DNA from: an uncultured bacterium
GTDB lineage: Bacteria; Planctomycetota; Phycisphaerae; Sedimentisphaerales; Anaerobacaceae
Direction of reading: 5' to 3'
Length of the DNA stretch: 38,234 bases
Assembly (NCBI GenBank): GCA_913009865.1
Contig: CAJVYK010000001.1
Coordinates: forward strand, 1-38,234
In this document: piece by piece, positions 25,178-33,020 of the stretch
How positions within the stretch are numbered: position 1 is the first letter of the stretch
Layout: each line of letters opens with the position of its first letter
Program-made: the position numbers and the translations under genes
Notes under the pieces: generated by a model
Seen by the model: only the letters and a program-made list of their open reading frames with translations
What the model was told of the DNA's origin: nothing
Databases searched by the model: none

Positions 25178-26617
25178 ATGGTCTTACGTAGAATTGTTGC
25201 GGTAAGCAGGGATACAGAAATTCAACGATTGGCTCGGCGGGTTGGCCGGGAAATATTTGTGGCTGACGACTTGGCCGAGACCCTGGACATCATTAAGACA
25301 GTCGGACCTGATTTGGTTATTTTTGATGATAGGTTTGGTCCGGGTCATACCCACAAATTCCTTGATACAGTTGGTAAAAATTCAATAAATGTTCCCATCG
25401 TAATAGTTGATGACGGTGAGAACGGGACCGGCTCGTCTGCAGAGTTTATACGGATGGGGGCCGTGGACTGTCTACAGGGCAAGGGCGATTACAGCCGGCT
25501 GGAACAGATTGCAAGCCGAATAAAAAATAAATCCGAACCAGCCGGCGCTGAAAGAGGCACTCTAAAAACCTTCTTTGCTGAAGACTATGCCGCTTCTGTC
25601 GCTATGGTCGGGCGGAGTAAAGCGATACTGGACAAGCTCAAAATGATTAGACTTGTCGCTGCCAGCCGGTGCAATCCGGTTTTGATTGTCGGAGAAACGG
25701 GCACGGGCAAAGAATTAGCGGCTAAGGCAATACATATTCTAAGGCACCGCAATGAAGCGTTTGTAGCTGTAAATTGTGCGGCACTGACGGCTAATCTGCT
25801 GGAAAGTGAACTTTTTGGCCACGTGAAGGGCTCTTTTACAGGGGCTGACAGCGAAAAAATGGGGCTCCTGGAGCTGGCGGGGGCCGGCACGCTCTTTCTT
25901 GATGAGATTTCTGAAATGCCAATGGACCTGCAGGCCAAGCTGCTGCGTGTCATCCAGGAAAAAAACTTCCGAAAAGTCGGAGGTATCAAGAATATCGCCT
26001 GCAAAGCTACGATAATGGCCTCGAGTAATCGCAATCTCTATAAAGAAAGCAGAGCCAATCGCTTCCGGAGTGACCTCTATTATCGGCTGAGTATATGTCC
26101 TATTACTATCGCCCCCCTTAGAACACCTGAGCGAAGAGAAGATATTCCGCTTCTGGCTGAATATTTCCTTGAGACATCAACTATATGCCCGGAAAAAAAA
26201 GGTAAGATAACCTCACTGACTAAATTGGCTGTTGAAGCCCTGCAAAGGCATAACTGGCCGGGCAATGTCCGCGAACTGCGTAATGTTATTGAAAGGGCAA
26301 TACTGCTGGAAACAACAGACAAAATCGGCCTAAGCAGTATTGCAATCAACTCCCTCGAATGTGGTGAGCTATCGGAAGCTGGGCCGGCTGGCAACATCAA
26401 AGATTTTTCACTGGAAAAGGCCGAACGTGAGCTGATTGCCCGGGCCCTGCAGGAAACGGGCTGGCAGAAAACCAGAGCGGCCGGGCTTCTTGGCATAACC
26501 AGGGCAACCCTCTACGCAAAGGTCAAGCAGTACAACATCGAAAAAGGTTCGTATGTTGCAAAAGGATTGCAAAACGAATTCTTAGCGCCGTCCCTGCCTC
26601 AGCTCGTAACGATGTAA
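25178..26617 (+). CDS. Sigma-54-dependent transcriptional activator (bacterial enhancer-binding protein) of FleQ/FlrA type, with a degenerate receiver-like N-terminus.
   Basis: Motifs present are Walker A GETGTGKE, the sigma-54 contact loop GSFTGA (a GAFTGA variant), Walker B LFLDEI, NVRELRN and the Fis-type HTH TRAAGLLGITRATLYAKVKQY. The N-terminus IVAVSRDTE lacks the acidic DD pocket of canonical receivers. Confidence 0.85.
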   Translation: MVLRRIVAVSRDTEIQRLARRVGREIFVADDLAETLDIIKTVGPDLVIFDDRFGPGHTHKFLDTVGKNSINVPIVIVDDGENGTGSSAEFIRMGAVDCLQGKGDYSRLEQIASRIKNKSEPAGAERGTLKTFFAEDYAASVAMVGRSKAILDKLKMIRLVAASRCNPVLIVGETGTGKELAAKAIHILRHRNEAFVAVNCAALTANLLESELFGHVKGSFTGADSEKMGLLELAGAGTLFLDEISEMPMDLQAKLLRVIQEKNFRKVGGIKNIACKATIMASSNRNLYKESRANRFRSDLYYRLSICPITIAPLRTPERREDIPLLAEYFLETSTICPEKKGKITSLTKLAVEALQRHNWPGNVRELRNVIERAILLETTDKIGLSSIAINSLECGELSEAGPAGNIKDFSLEKAERELIARALQETGWQKTRAAGLLGITRATLYAKVKQYNIEKGSYVAKGLQNEFLAPSLPQLVTM

Positions 26618-26822
26618 GGTAGCAATTCTCCAAAACCTCTCCTGAGTGAAGTCGAACGGGCCAGATTCTTTTTTGGTTGAATTGTCGAATTTTGGTTTGT
26701 TCAAAATGTGAAATTTTTAAAAAAGAGTTTTTAAAACTTTTATTTCAGACGCAATAAAGCAGAACACTGATTTCTGTCAGAAAATCTGCCGGCTCGTCTA
26801 AAATACTGACACCTTCCATATC

Positions 26823-26849
26823 TCATAAAGTATATTTCATAAAGCATAT
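26823..26849 (+). promoter_or_regulatory. Direct repeat TCATAAAG(T/C)ATAT x2 upstream of the sigma-54 promoter, a candidate activator or IHF-type site.
   Basis: The copies are tcataaagtatat (26823-26835) and tcataaagcatat (26837-26849), with a 14-nt period. They lie about 50-75 bp upstream of the -24 box and are followed by cgcTTCACGcttcaggTTTCACG. Confidence 0.3.
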
Positions 26850-26896
26850 CCGGTTTTTCGCTTCACGCTTCAGGTTTCACGATTCAAACACAACTC

Positions 26897-26911
26897 TGGC
26901 ACAATTGTTGC
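26897..26911 (+). promoter_or_regulatory. Sigma-54 promoter driving the TPR-TPR-activator operon.
   Basis: The sequence is tggcac-aattg-ttgc(t), an exact match to the TGGCAC-N5-TTGCW consensus. It overlaps the ORF-track start at 26905, so the real start of the downstream CDS must lie further downstream. Confidence 0.7.
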
Positions 26912-27036
26912 TATATGTTGGGAATGCGGGCTACCATTTTGCAATTTGCCGCAGAATAGGGGATGCGTTAGCTCTCCGTCAGGAGTCCATAGGACTGCTA
27001 CAGGTAAACGCTAAGCTGAGGGCGAAGTCGGAATTT

Positions 27037-29544
27037 ATGGCCACAGAAAAACAACCTATTATCGAAAAGAACTCTTCCGAAGTACCTTCGGACAGCGAAT
27101 TATCTGCAGGAGAACCGCTGAGCGAATCGCAGATACCAGAACGTGAAGTGTTTGACGAAGACGAAGATTTTTACAAATATGAGGCGGATTCGGAACAGCA
27201 TGCGACGGTGCAAATTGGGCGTAAGCATTTTTCGACCGTCCAGAAAGTCCTCGTTGTCGGTATCGTTGTGATTGTGGCAGCGCTGCTGTATGCCTTGTTG
27301 AAATCTCCATCAACACCTGCCGGCGGAGAAACAGCTCTCGGTCAACAAAGACCTGCTCCTGAACCGCTGGTTGAAAATGCCGCACAGGCAGTATCGCAGC
27401 AAATCATAAAATTATCCCCTGCCAACCCGGCAGGTGTCCCGATGACGATACAGCCGTTGTCTTTGAAAGTTGCTCAGGACTTCTATTCAGAAGGAGATTA
27501 CCAGAAGGCCTATGCCGCCTATAACCAGCTTCGCCAAAATCTTCCCGCAGGCACGGAAGCAGAATCGCTGAGGGATTTTCTTCAGCTTGAAATGGCTCTC
27601 TGTATGAAGAAAGCCGGCGATTACGACCAGGCCGGCCGTCTGTTCAGAAGGGCTTCGAAAAGCCGATCACCTGTTGTAAGGGTGGTGGCCAATTACCACC
27701 GCAGCCTGCTCGAAATGCGGAAAAAGCAATATCTAAGAGCACGAACCAGAGCTTATCAAACAATCGCCTTAATTGACGCAGTGGATTTGGGCCGAGATTG
27801 GGCTTTGTCGCTGAAGCGGGATTGTTACTTCCTGGTTGCTGAGTGCTTGAGCCGTAATGTCCTTTCGCTTTGCGACGCCGATAAAGAGCTTCCAGATGAT
27901 TTGTGGAGCAATCCCGGCGCACCGGAAGAACTCTTCACCAACCTAAGCGAAGTACAACTGCGAACCGTTTTGAATTCCGGCTCAGAGCAGTTAAGTAAAG
28001 GGCTGCTTGGCCCACAAATTCAGAAACTCGGGCGAGTGAGCGGCTCGCCTCGTTGGTCTGTTACCTGCCGCGGAGCATCGATTGAGGAACTGTTGGCCAG
28101 ATTTGCCGCTAATGCCGGCCTTGATATTCGCTTCTCTTTCGGCGGCGACTCGGCCCTGAAAGGGGCAGACGGTATTCGCAAAAGGCCGGTGAGCTTGTTT
28201 CTGACGGCGGCAACGGTGCAGCAATTCGTCACTGTGGCAGCAGGCGGCGTTGGGTTGGTGGCACGTCTGGATGAGCAAAGAGGTGTAATAAGTATTTTCA
28301 ATCCGGAAAACTATTCGTCTTTATCAGAACATATATCTTTGCTCAGTCAGGAAGCTGTTTCACTTTGGCAAAGATTTTTACTTACGTTTCCCGACGATGA
28401 ACGCAGCACTAATGTTCATTTTGCCATGGGACTTTTGAAAGCGCAAAGAGGCCGGCTAACAGAATCAATCGCAGAATACAAATTGGTGACTAATCGCTCT
28501 TCCGGGACATCCTTGGCACCATTTGCCTTATTACAATCGAGTAAGTTGAAAACCAGCCTGCGGGACTATTCCGGCGCCAGGGAGGATTTGAGTCTGCTCG
28601 TGGAGCAATATCCCGATGTCGAGATTGCCGAGAAGGCCTATTTGTATCTCGCTGATGCTACAATGAAGGCCGGACTTTTGCGACAGGCAGGGAGAGTCTA
28701 TCGAAAAGTTTACAATCTTGATTTGTCCACGGAATCACAGAAGGCGGCAGCACTCGGAGCTGCCAGGTGTTTTTATGAAGAAAAAGACTATGAAACCGCG
28801 GCCAAATGGATGACTCGATACATCGGCTTCGCCAAGAACAGCGCAGGCGGGGATTTGTACTCCGCATATTTTCTACTGGGTAAAACGTTAGCGGCTTTAG
28901 GAAAACCAGAAGCCGCTAACGATGCTTTCCTAAACGCACTGGCGGGAAGTCGGCCTTTGGCAAAAGGAACGCAAAACGGATACCCGACGCAGCTTTCCAG
29001 AGAAGAATATGTGGAAACCGTCTCGGCTCTGGTTAAAGGGTATGTGCGGCAGGAACGCTTCGTCGATGCCCTTGATGTATTGGCGAACATACGCTCAGGG
29101 GTCTTATCCCAGAAAGAATCTGTCGAGATTTTACTACTCAAAAGCGAAATCCTTCGGGCGATGGGGCTGGTTGATAAAGCGGTTGCGGCTCTTGGCGACA
29201 GGACGCAATATTTGTCCGAACCACAATTAAAGGCGAGAATATTATTCGAATTAACCAAATGCTACATCGCTGAAGGGAAATTGGAACTTGCCCGCAGGAA
29301 GTTAACCGAAATTCTTGTTCTCGTCGAACCAGGGCCTTTGGCGGACCAGGTCGCTGTCAAGCTGGCTGGTGTTTGTTTGAAGCTGGGGCAAAATTCCCAA
29401 ACTATTTCTGTTTGTTCGCAGCTTTTAGATTCGGGACCATCAGAGGCGATTAGGCAAAAAGCCCTGGAGCTGTTAGCGACAGCATATAACCGGCAGAAAA
29501 ATTATGACAGGGCGGTATCGGCTCTTTTGGGCAGGTGGAAATAA
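27037..29544 (+). CDS. 835-aa single-pass membrane protein with an acidic N-terminal tail and a TPR-rich extracytoplasmic region. An internal module resembles the secretin-N0/STN fold.
   Basis: I moved the start to ATG 27037 (M45 of the track ORF) because the sigma-54 promoter sits at 26897-26911. The TM helix is VLVVGIVVIVAALLYALL. TPR-like units include AQDFYSEGDYQKAYAAYNQLRQNL, AALGAARCFYEEKDYETAAKWMTRYI and ELLATAYNRQKNYDRAVSALLG. The internal stretch WSVTCRGASIEELLARFAANAGLDIRF...PVSLFLTAATVQQFVTVAAGGVGLVARLDEQRGVISIF resembles the STN/N0 pattern. Confidence 0.75.
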   Translation: MATEKQPIIEKNSSEVPSDSELSAGEPLSESQIPEREVFDEDEDFYKYEADSEQHATVQIGRKHFSTVQKVLVVGIVVIVAALLYALLKSPSTPAGGETALGQQRPAPEPLVENAAQAVSQQIIKLSPANPAGVPMTIQPLSLKVAQDFYSEGDYQKAYAAYNQLRQNLPAGTEAESLRDFLQLEMALCMKKAGDYDQAGRLFRRASKSRSPVVRVVANYHRSLLEMRKKQYLRARTRAYQTIALIDAVDLGRDWALSLKRDCYFLVAECLSRNVLSLCDADKELPDDLWSNPGAPEELFTNLSEVQLRTVLNSGSEQLSKGLLGPQIQKLGRVSGSPRWSVTCRGASIEELLARFAANAGLDIRFSFGGDSALKGADGIRKRPVSLFLTAATVQQFVTVAAGGVGLVARLDEQRGVISIFNPENYSSLSEHISLLSQEAVSLWQRFLLTFPDDERSTNVHFAMGLLKAQRGRLTESIAEYKLVTNRSSGTSLAPFALLQSSKLKTSLRDYSGAREDLSLLVEQYPDVEIAEKAYLYLADATMKAGLLRQAGRVYRKVYNLDLSTESQKAAALGAARCFYEEKDYETAAKWMTRYIGFAKNSAGGDLYSAYFLLGKTLAALGKPEAANDAFLNALAGSRPLAKGTQNGYPTQLSREEYVETVSALVKGYVRQERFVDALDVLANIRSGVLSQKESVEILLLKSEILRAMGLVDKAVAALGDRTQYLSEPQLKARILFELTKCYIAEGKLELARRKLTEILVLVEPGPLADQVAVKLAGVCLKLGQNSQTISVCSQLLDSGPSEAIRQKALELLATAYNRQKNYDRAVSALLGRWK

Positions 29545-29609
29545 AGATTAAAACTGAAAGCTCAAAGTGAAAAACTACAATTCAAAATTCAAAACTTGCA
29601 AATTTTACG
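29545..29609. repeat. AT-rich intergenic repeat module (copy Y) at the junction of the two TPR genes.
   Basis: About 28 of 36 positions in 29554-29589 are identical to 22247-22282. It also contains aattttac (29601-29608), which is shared with 36888-36895. Confidence 0.4.
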
Positions 29610-30586
29610 CTGCCGTTTTGCATTTACCACTCCGCACTTTAAGCTTTTCGTTTTTAGTTTTTTGCCTGCCGGCATCCGCAGGACGCGCGGAAATTTCATC
29701 GGAACAACTCGACCCGATTAATCTTATAGCACCCTATTTAGCTAAAATATCGCAAGATGTGAATACGCCGAATACCGTGATGCATGTTGCCACGTTTCAA
29801 CAGGAGCGCCAGTCCGGAAGACGCCTGACGGCGAAGCAGTCGCAAAGCGGTAGTGATATTGCTTCTGTAAACTTCGCAGCTCAGATTGATGAAAAATTGC
29901 CGCAAAGTAGTTTTACCATTGCAGGAAACCCGCATAGTGACCTCGAACGCCAATTGTGGCGGGCCGGGATTAGTATTCCTGAAAGCAAAGAAGATGAGGG
30001 TGGTAAAAATGAACTTCAGCGGATAATCGAGCAAATCCGCTCCGTTGAGTTTAAGCCGGCAAACCGGCCCACCGAACCTGCCGTTGTCGTTGAGCCGACA
30101 CCAATAACCGAAAATGATGAAATTTCAGCAGTTACGGAAACAGAAACAGCCCAGGGGCCTGATAAAATCGAATCCGAATTGCCATATAATCCTGTAAGCG
30201 GCCAAACTTTGCATAAGCTCGAGAACCTATCGCAATATCCTGACCGGCTGGACAATCCTCTTAAGTTGGGAGAGGTTTTGTTTCTCAGCGGACGGCTGAA
30301 AGAAGCGGTGGTGTTTTACAAAGATGCCCTCAAACGCAAAAGTCCGAACGAGGCCGACTCGGCTCCCCTATGGGGCAGGCAGGACAGGGCCTGGATTCTG
30401 TTTCAAATAGGTAACTGCATGAGGGATAGAGACCGGCCAACGGCTATGAAGATGTACAGGCGGCTAATTACAGAATATCCCGATTCGCCGTGGACAGATT
30501 TGGCGAAGGCCAGGAACAAATTAATCGATTGGTATCAGAAAGACAAACCTCGTGAGTTAATTGTCGAAAACAGGGATGAAAATTGA
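29567..30586 (+). CDS. Secreted/periplasmic protein with a C-terminal YbgF/CpoB-like TPR domain.
   Basis: It has a signal peptide (LRTLSFSFLVFCLPASA/GRAE). The C-terminus is LKLGEVLFLSGRLKEAVVFYKDALKR...WILFQIGNCMRDRDRPTAMKMYRRLITEYPDSPWTDLAKARNKL. The GTG start at 29567 lies in the AT-rich repeat, and the in-frame TTG at 29618 gives a cleaner signal peptide (MHLPLRTLSF...). Confidence 0.65.
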   Translation: MKNYNSKFKTCKFYAAVLHLPLRTLSFSFLVFCLPASAGRAEISSEQLDPINLIAPYLAKISQDVNTPNTVMHVATFQQERQSGRRLTAKQSQSGSDIASVNFAAQIDEKLPQSSFTIAGNPHSDLERQLWRAGISIPESKEDEGGKNELQRIIEQIRSVEFKPANRPTEPAVVVEPTPITENDEISAVTETETAQGPDKIESELPYNPVSGQTLHKLENLSQYPDRLDNPLKLGEVLFLSGRLKEAVVFYKDALKRKSPNEADSAPLWGRQDRAWILFQIGNCMRDRDRPTAMKMYRRLITEYPDSPWTDLAKARNKLIDWYQKDKPRELIVENRDEN

Positions 30587-32165
30587 AATATGGAGTGTGT
30601 TAGAAGTGAATAAAACAGAAATAAACGATGTAAAGCAAGACCGTCAGAAAAGCGGTATTGCAAATGTATTGATAGTTGACAGCGACCCTGAACCGGCTCG
30701 ATTAATACTTGAGATTTTAGCTCGCAAAGGGATTAGCGCCAATCTTGCTAACGATAAAAAAACCGCTGTTGACTTTATGGACAAAGGCGATTACGACCTT
30801 GTGTTCACCGGCGATAAAATAAGTCGGCAGACGGACCTCTCCGGGCAGTCACAGGACGGTTTCGAACTGCTTGCCAAAATCAGGGCGAATTCGCCTGAAC
30901 TGCCGGTGATTATGGTAGCGAAAGCCCAAAAGCGAGGCCCGGAAAACCGGCGGCAAACTATCGAGACAGCCGTCAAGGCCATTCGGGCGGGCTGTTGCGA
31001 TTTCCTAATCAAACCGCTGAACCGTAAAAAAATAGAGGGCCTGCTGGATACCTTCCTGCCTAACCACAGAATTTCAACGCAGGCCGGCGCCGACGAGGGC
31101 GGCCGAAGTCTCTACAGAATTGTGGGCAGAAGCGCCAAACTGTTTCAAACCGTTAATCTGGCTAAAAGAATAGCGCCCACCTCGGCACCGGTTTTGATAA
31201 GCGGTGAAAGCGGGACGGGCAAGGAGCTGATTTCTTTTCTTATCCATCATAAGAGCAAAAGGGCACAGGGGCCATACATCAAAATCAATTGTGCGGCGCT
31301 GAGCGATACGCTTCTTGAAAGTGAGCTGTTCGGCCATGAGAAAGGCGCCTTCACCGGCGCACACATTCGGCGCAGGGGACGATTCGAGATGGCACATGGC
31401 GGGACTTTGCTGCTGGACGAAATCAGCGAAACACCCATAAAATTTCAGGCCAAGCTGCTGCGGGTACTCGAGCAGCAGGATTTCGAACGCGTCGGCGGGA
31501 ATGAAAATGTCAAAGTCAATGTTCGGATAATAAGTACTACCAACAGGGATTTATTACAAGAGGTTTCGGAAGGACGATTCCGTCAGGACCTTTACTACCG
31601 GCTGAGCGGGGTAAGGTTGGTTATCTCGCCTCTGAGAGAACGCTCACAGGATTTGCCTGACCTCGTATGGCATTTTGTCAACCTTTACGTCCGCGAAACG
31701 CAGCGTCGTATCACTAAACTTGACCCTGCGATGATGGATATTTTTGCTAAATACTATTGGCCCGGCAATGTCCGGCAATTGCGAAATGTTGTGTTGACAT
31801 CACTGATTCTGGGAGTCGGCCAAACCCTGTCATTAGCTGATGTCTCCTGGCTTTTCGATGAACTACAGCCACTGCCGGAAATAGCGGACAGCGGGCAGCG
31901 GACAGCGGATAGTAATAGCATAGGGCGCATAGAAAAAGAAAAACTGAACGCTAAACGCTATATGCTAACTCTGCCACAGGTAAACGCTAATTCCGGGCTG
32001 GGGGGAGTGCCGCTTGTGCAGGTAGAGCAGCGGGCGATTTTGGATACTTTACGCCAGACATCGGGCAATCAGACGAAAGCTGCAAACCTGTTGGGTATCA
32101 GTGACAGAACGCTGCGCGGCAAAATACGCCGATACAGGCAGGAAGGCGCTTTGCAGCCGGCCTGA
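30576..32165 (+). CDS. Sigma-54-dependent response-regulator-type activator (NtrC/FleR/FlrC-like).
   Basis: The receiver-like N-terminus reads VLIVDSDPEP...DLVFTGD...FLIKP and contains two loop insertions. Other motifs are Walker A GESGTGKE, GAFTGA, LLLDEI, NVRQLRN and the Fis-type HTH TKAANLLGISDRTLRGKIRRY. I prefer the ATG at 30576, which overlaps the upstream stop at 30584-30586, over the TTG at 30561. Confidence 0.85.
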   Translation: MKIEIWSVLEVNKTEINDVKQDRQKSGIANVLIVDSDPEPARLILEILARKGISANLANDKKTAVDFMDKGDYDLVFTGDKISRQTDLSGQSQDGFELLAKIRANSPELPVIMVAKAQKRGPENRRQTIETAVKAIRAGCCDFLIKPLNRKKIEGLLDTFLPNHRISTQAGADEGGRSLYRIVGRSAKLFQTVNLAKRIAPTSAPVLISGESGTGKELISFLIHHKSKRAQGPYIKINCAALSDTLLESELFGHEKGAFTGAHIRRRGRFEMAHGGTLLLDEISETPIKFQAKLLRVLEQQDFERVGGNENVKVNVRIISTTNRDLLQEVSEGRFRQDLYYRLSGVRLVISPLRERSQDLPDLVWHFVNLYVRETQRRITKLDPAMMDIFAKYYWPGNVRQLRNVVLTSLILGVGQTLSLADVSWLFDELQPLPEIADSGQRTADSNSIGRIEKEKLNAKRYMLTLPQVNANSGLGGVPLVQVEQRAILDTLRQTSGNQTKAANLLGISDRTLRGKIRRYRQEGALQPA

Positions 32166-32203
32166 TAATTACTCAAACTGACCGATGGCCAGTTTGAAAA
32201 ATT

Positions 32204-32310
32204 AAAAATCAAAGATACCTATACCTAAGGCACAGGTGGCATAAATTAAAAAACAAAATTGCGGAACCCCGACAAAGTCGGGATGGCTTTTTGATTGTTT
32301 TTTGTTTTAC
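32204..32310. repeat. Copy A of a conserved 62-nt element plus GC hairpin and T-rich tail (terminator-like).
   Basis: Positions 32204-32265 match 36798-36859 at 60 of 62 positions, including an exact 49-mer: aaaaatcaaagatacctatacctaaggcacaggtggcataaattaaaaa. A hairpin cccgac-aaa-gtcggg (32268-32282) follows, then atggctttttgattgttttttgtttt. Confidence 0.7.
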
Positions 32311-32429
32311 GGAACATATTATTAAATAATGAGTTATAGCAATTTTGGGCCGTAAATCGGTTAGTTTGAGTAATAACTTCGTTGTCCGTGTGGCATCGTG
32401 AAAAAAATACAGTAGTGCGAGGTTGAAAA

Positions 32430-33020
32430 ATGGCAGATAAAAAAGCAGATAAAAAAGAAGTAGAGAAACAAGAAGATTCAAAGGCGGAAAAGAGTGATGG
32501 GAAAGGCCTGGTGAGCCGGTTTTTGCCGTTGATAATAATGGCTGTCGTAGTGGTTGTTTGCGCCGGCGCCGGCTTCGGACTGAGTCGATTACTGGCCGGC
32601 CCCGGTACAGACCAGACGGCAGAGCCGGCTCAAAAAGACGAACCGGCCCAGGCAGAGGACCTGAAAGCCGATGACAGCTCGGCGGCAGAGCATCAAAAAT
32701 CCTGGTATTATGATTTAGAGCCGGTTGTGGCAAATCTCGATGAACCCGGCGTAACACGCTATGTTCGAGCGACGCTGACGCTGGAAATCAGTCCTGAAGT
32801 GGACCAAAAAAAGGGTATCGCTTTTATCGAGGAGAAGAAACCCCTCCTGACAAACTGGCTTACTATTTACCTTGCAGGGCTGGGACTTGAAGATATCAGA
32901 GGGGACAGGAACCTGAAGCATATTCAATTACAAATACTCGACGCCTTTAACGAAAGACTGTTCCCGGATGCCAGGCCCGGCGTTAAGAAAATTCTTTTTA
33001 AGGAATTCGCTATACAATGA
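32430..33020 (+). CDS. fliL: Flagellar basal-body-associated protein FliL.
   Basis: It has a Lys-rich N-terminus and a single TM helix (LPLIIMAVVVVVCAGAGFGL). YYDLEPVVANLDEPGVTRYVRATLTLEI is the typical FliL core. It lies directly upstream of fliM with an ATGA overlap. Confidence 0.85.
   Translation: MADKKADKKEVEKQEDSKAEKSDGKGLVSRFLPLIIMAVVVVVCAGAGFGLSRLLAGPGTDQTAEPAQKDEPAQAEDLKADDSSAAEHQKSWYYDLEPVVANLDEPGVTRYVRATLTLEISPEVDQKKGIAFIEEKKPLLTNWLTIYLAGLGLEDIRGDRNLKHIQLQILDAFNERLFPDARPGVKKILFKEFAIQ

Noticed and set aside
27000-27014. The exact 15-mer acaggtaaacgctaa, shared with 31976-31990, as an autoregulatory site.
   Set aside because: By my rough estimate an exact 15-mer recurrence is expected about once by chance in a 38-kb window when both strands are counted. 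The 19-of-20 extension is only marginally better. It is mentioned under the linker finding but is not claimed as functional.
25585-29258. Antisense ORFs inside the activator and TPR genes (25585-26034, 26080-26496, 27059-27385, 27991-28301 and 28788-29258).
   Set aside because: They are shadow frames of well-supported plus-strand genes and contain no recognisable motifs.
32229-32245. GGCAC-aggtg-GCAT inside the duplicated element (also at 36823-36839) as a sigma-54 promoter for fliL or the small ORF-fliA unit.
   Set aside because: The -24 to -12 spacing is two nt too short and the TTGC element is missing. TGGCATcgtgaAAAA at 32391 also lacks a -12 GC.
32209-32757. Minus-strand ORF of 182 aa, together with ORF 36803-37063, both ending in LCHLCLRYRYL.
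   Set aside because: The shared C-terminus is simply the translation of the duplicated 62-nt element. The rest overlaps fliL, or the small ORF, in antisense. These are not genes.
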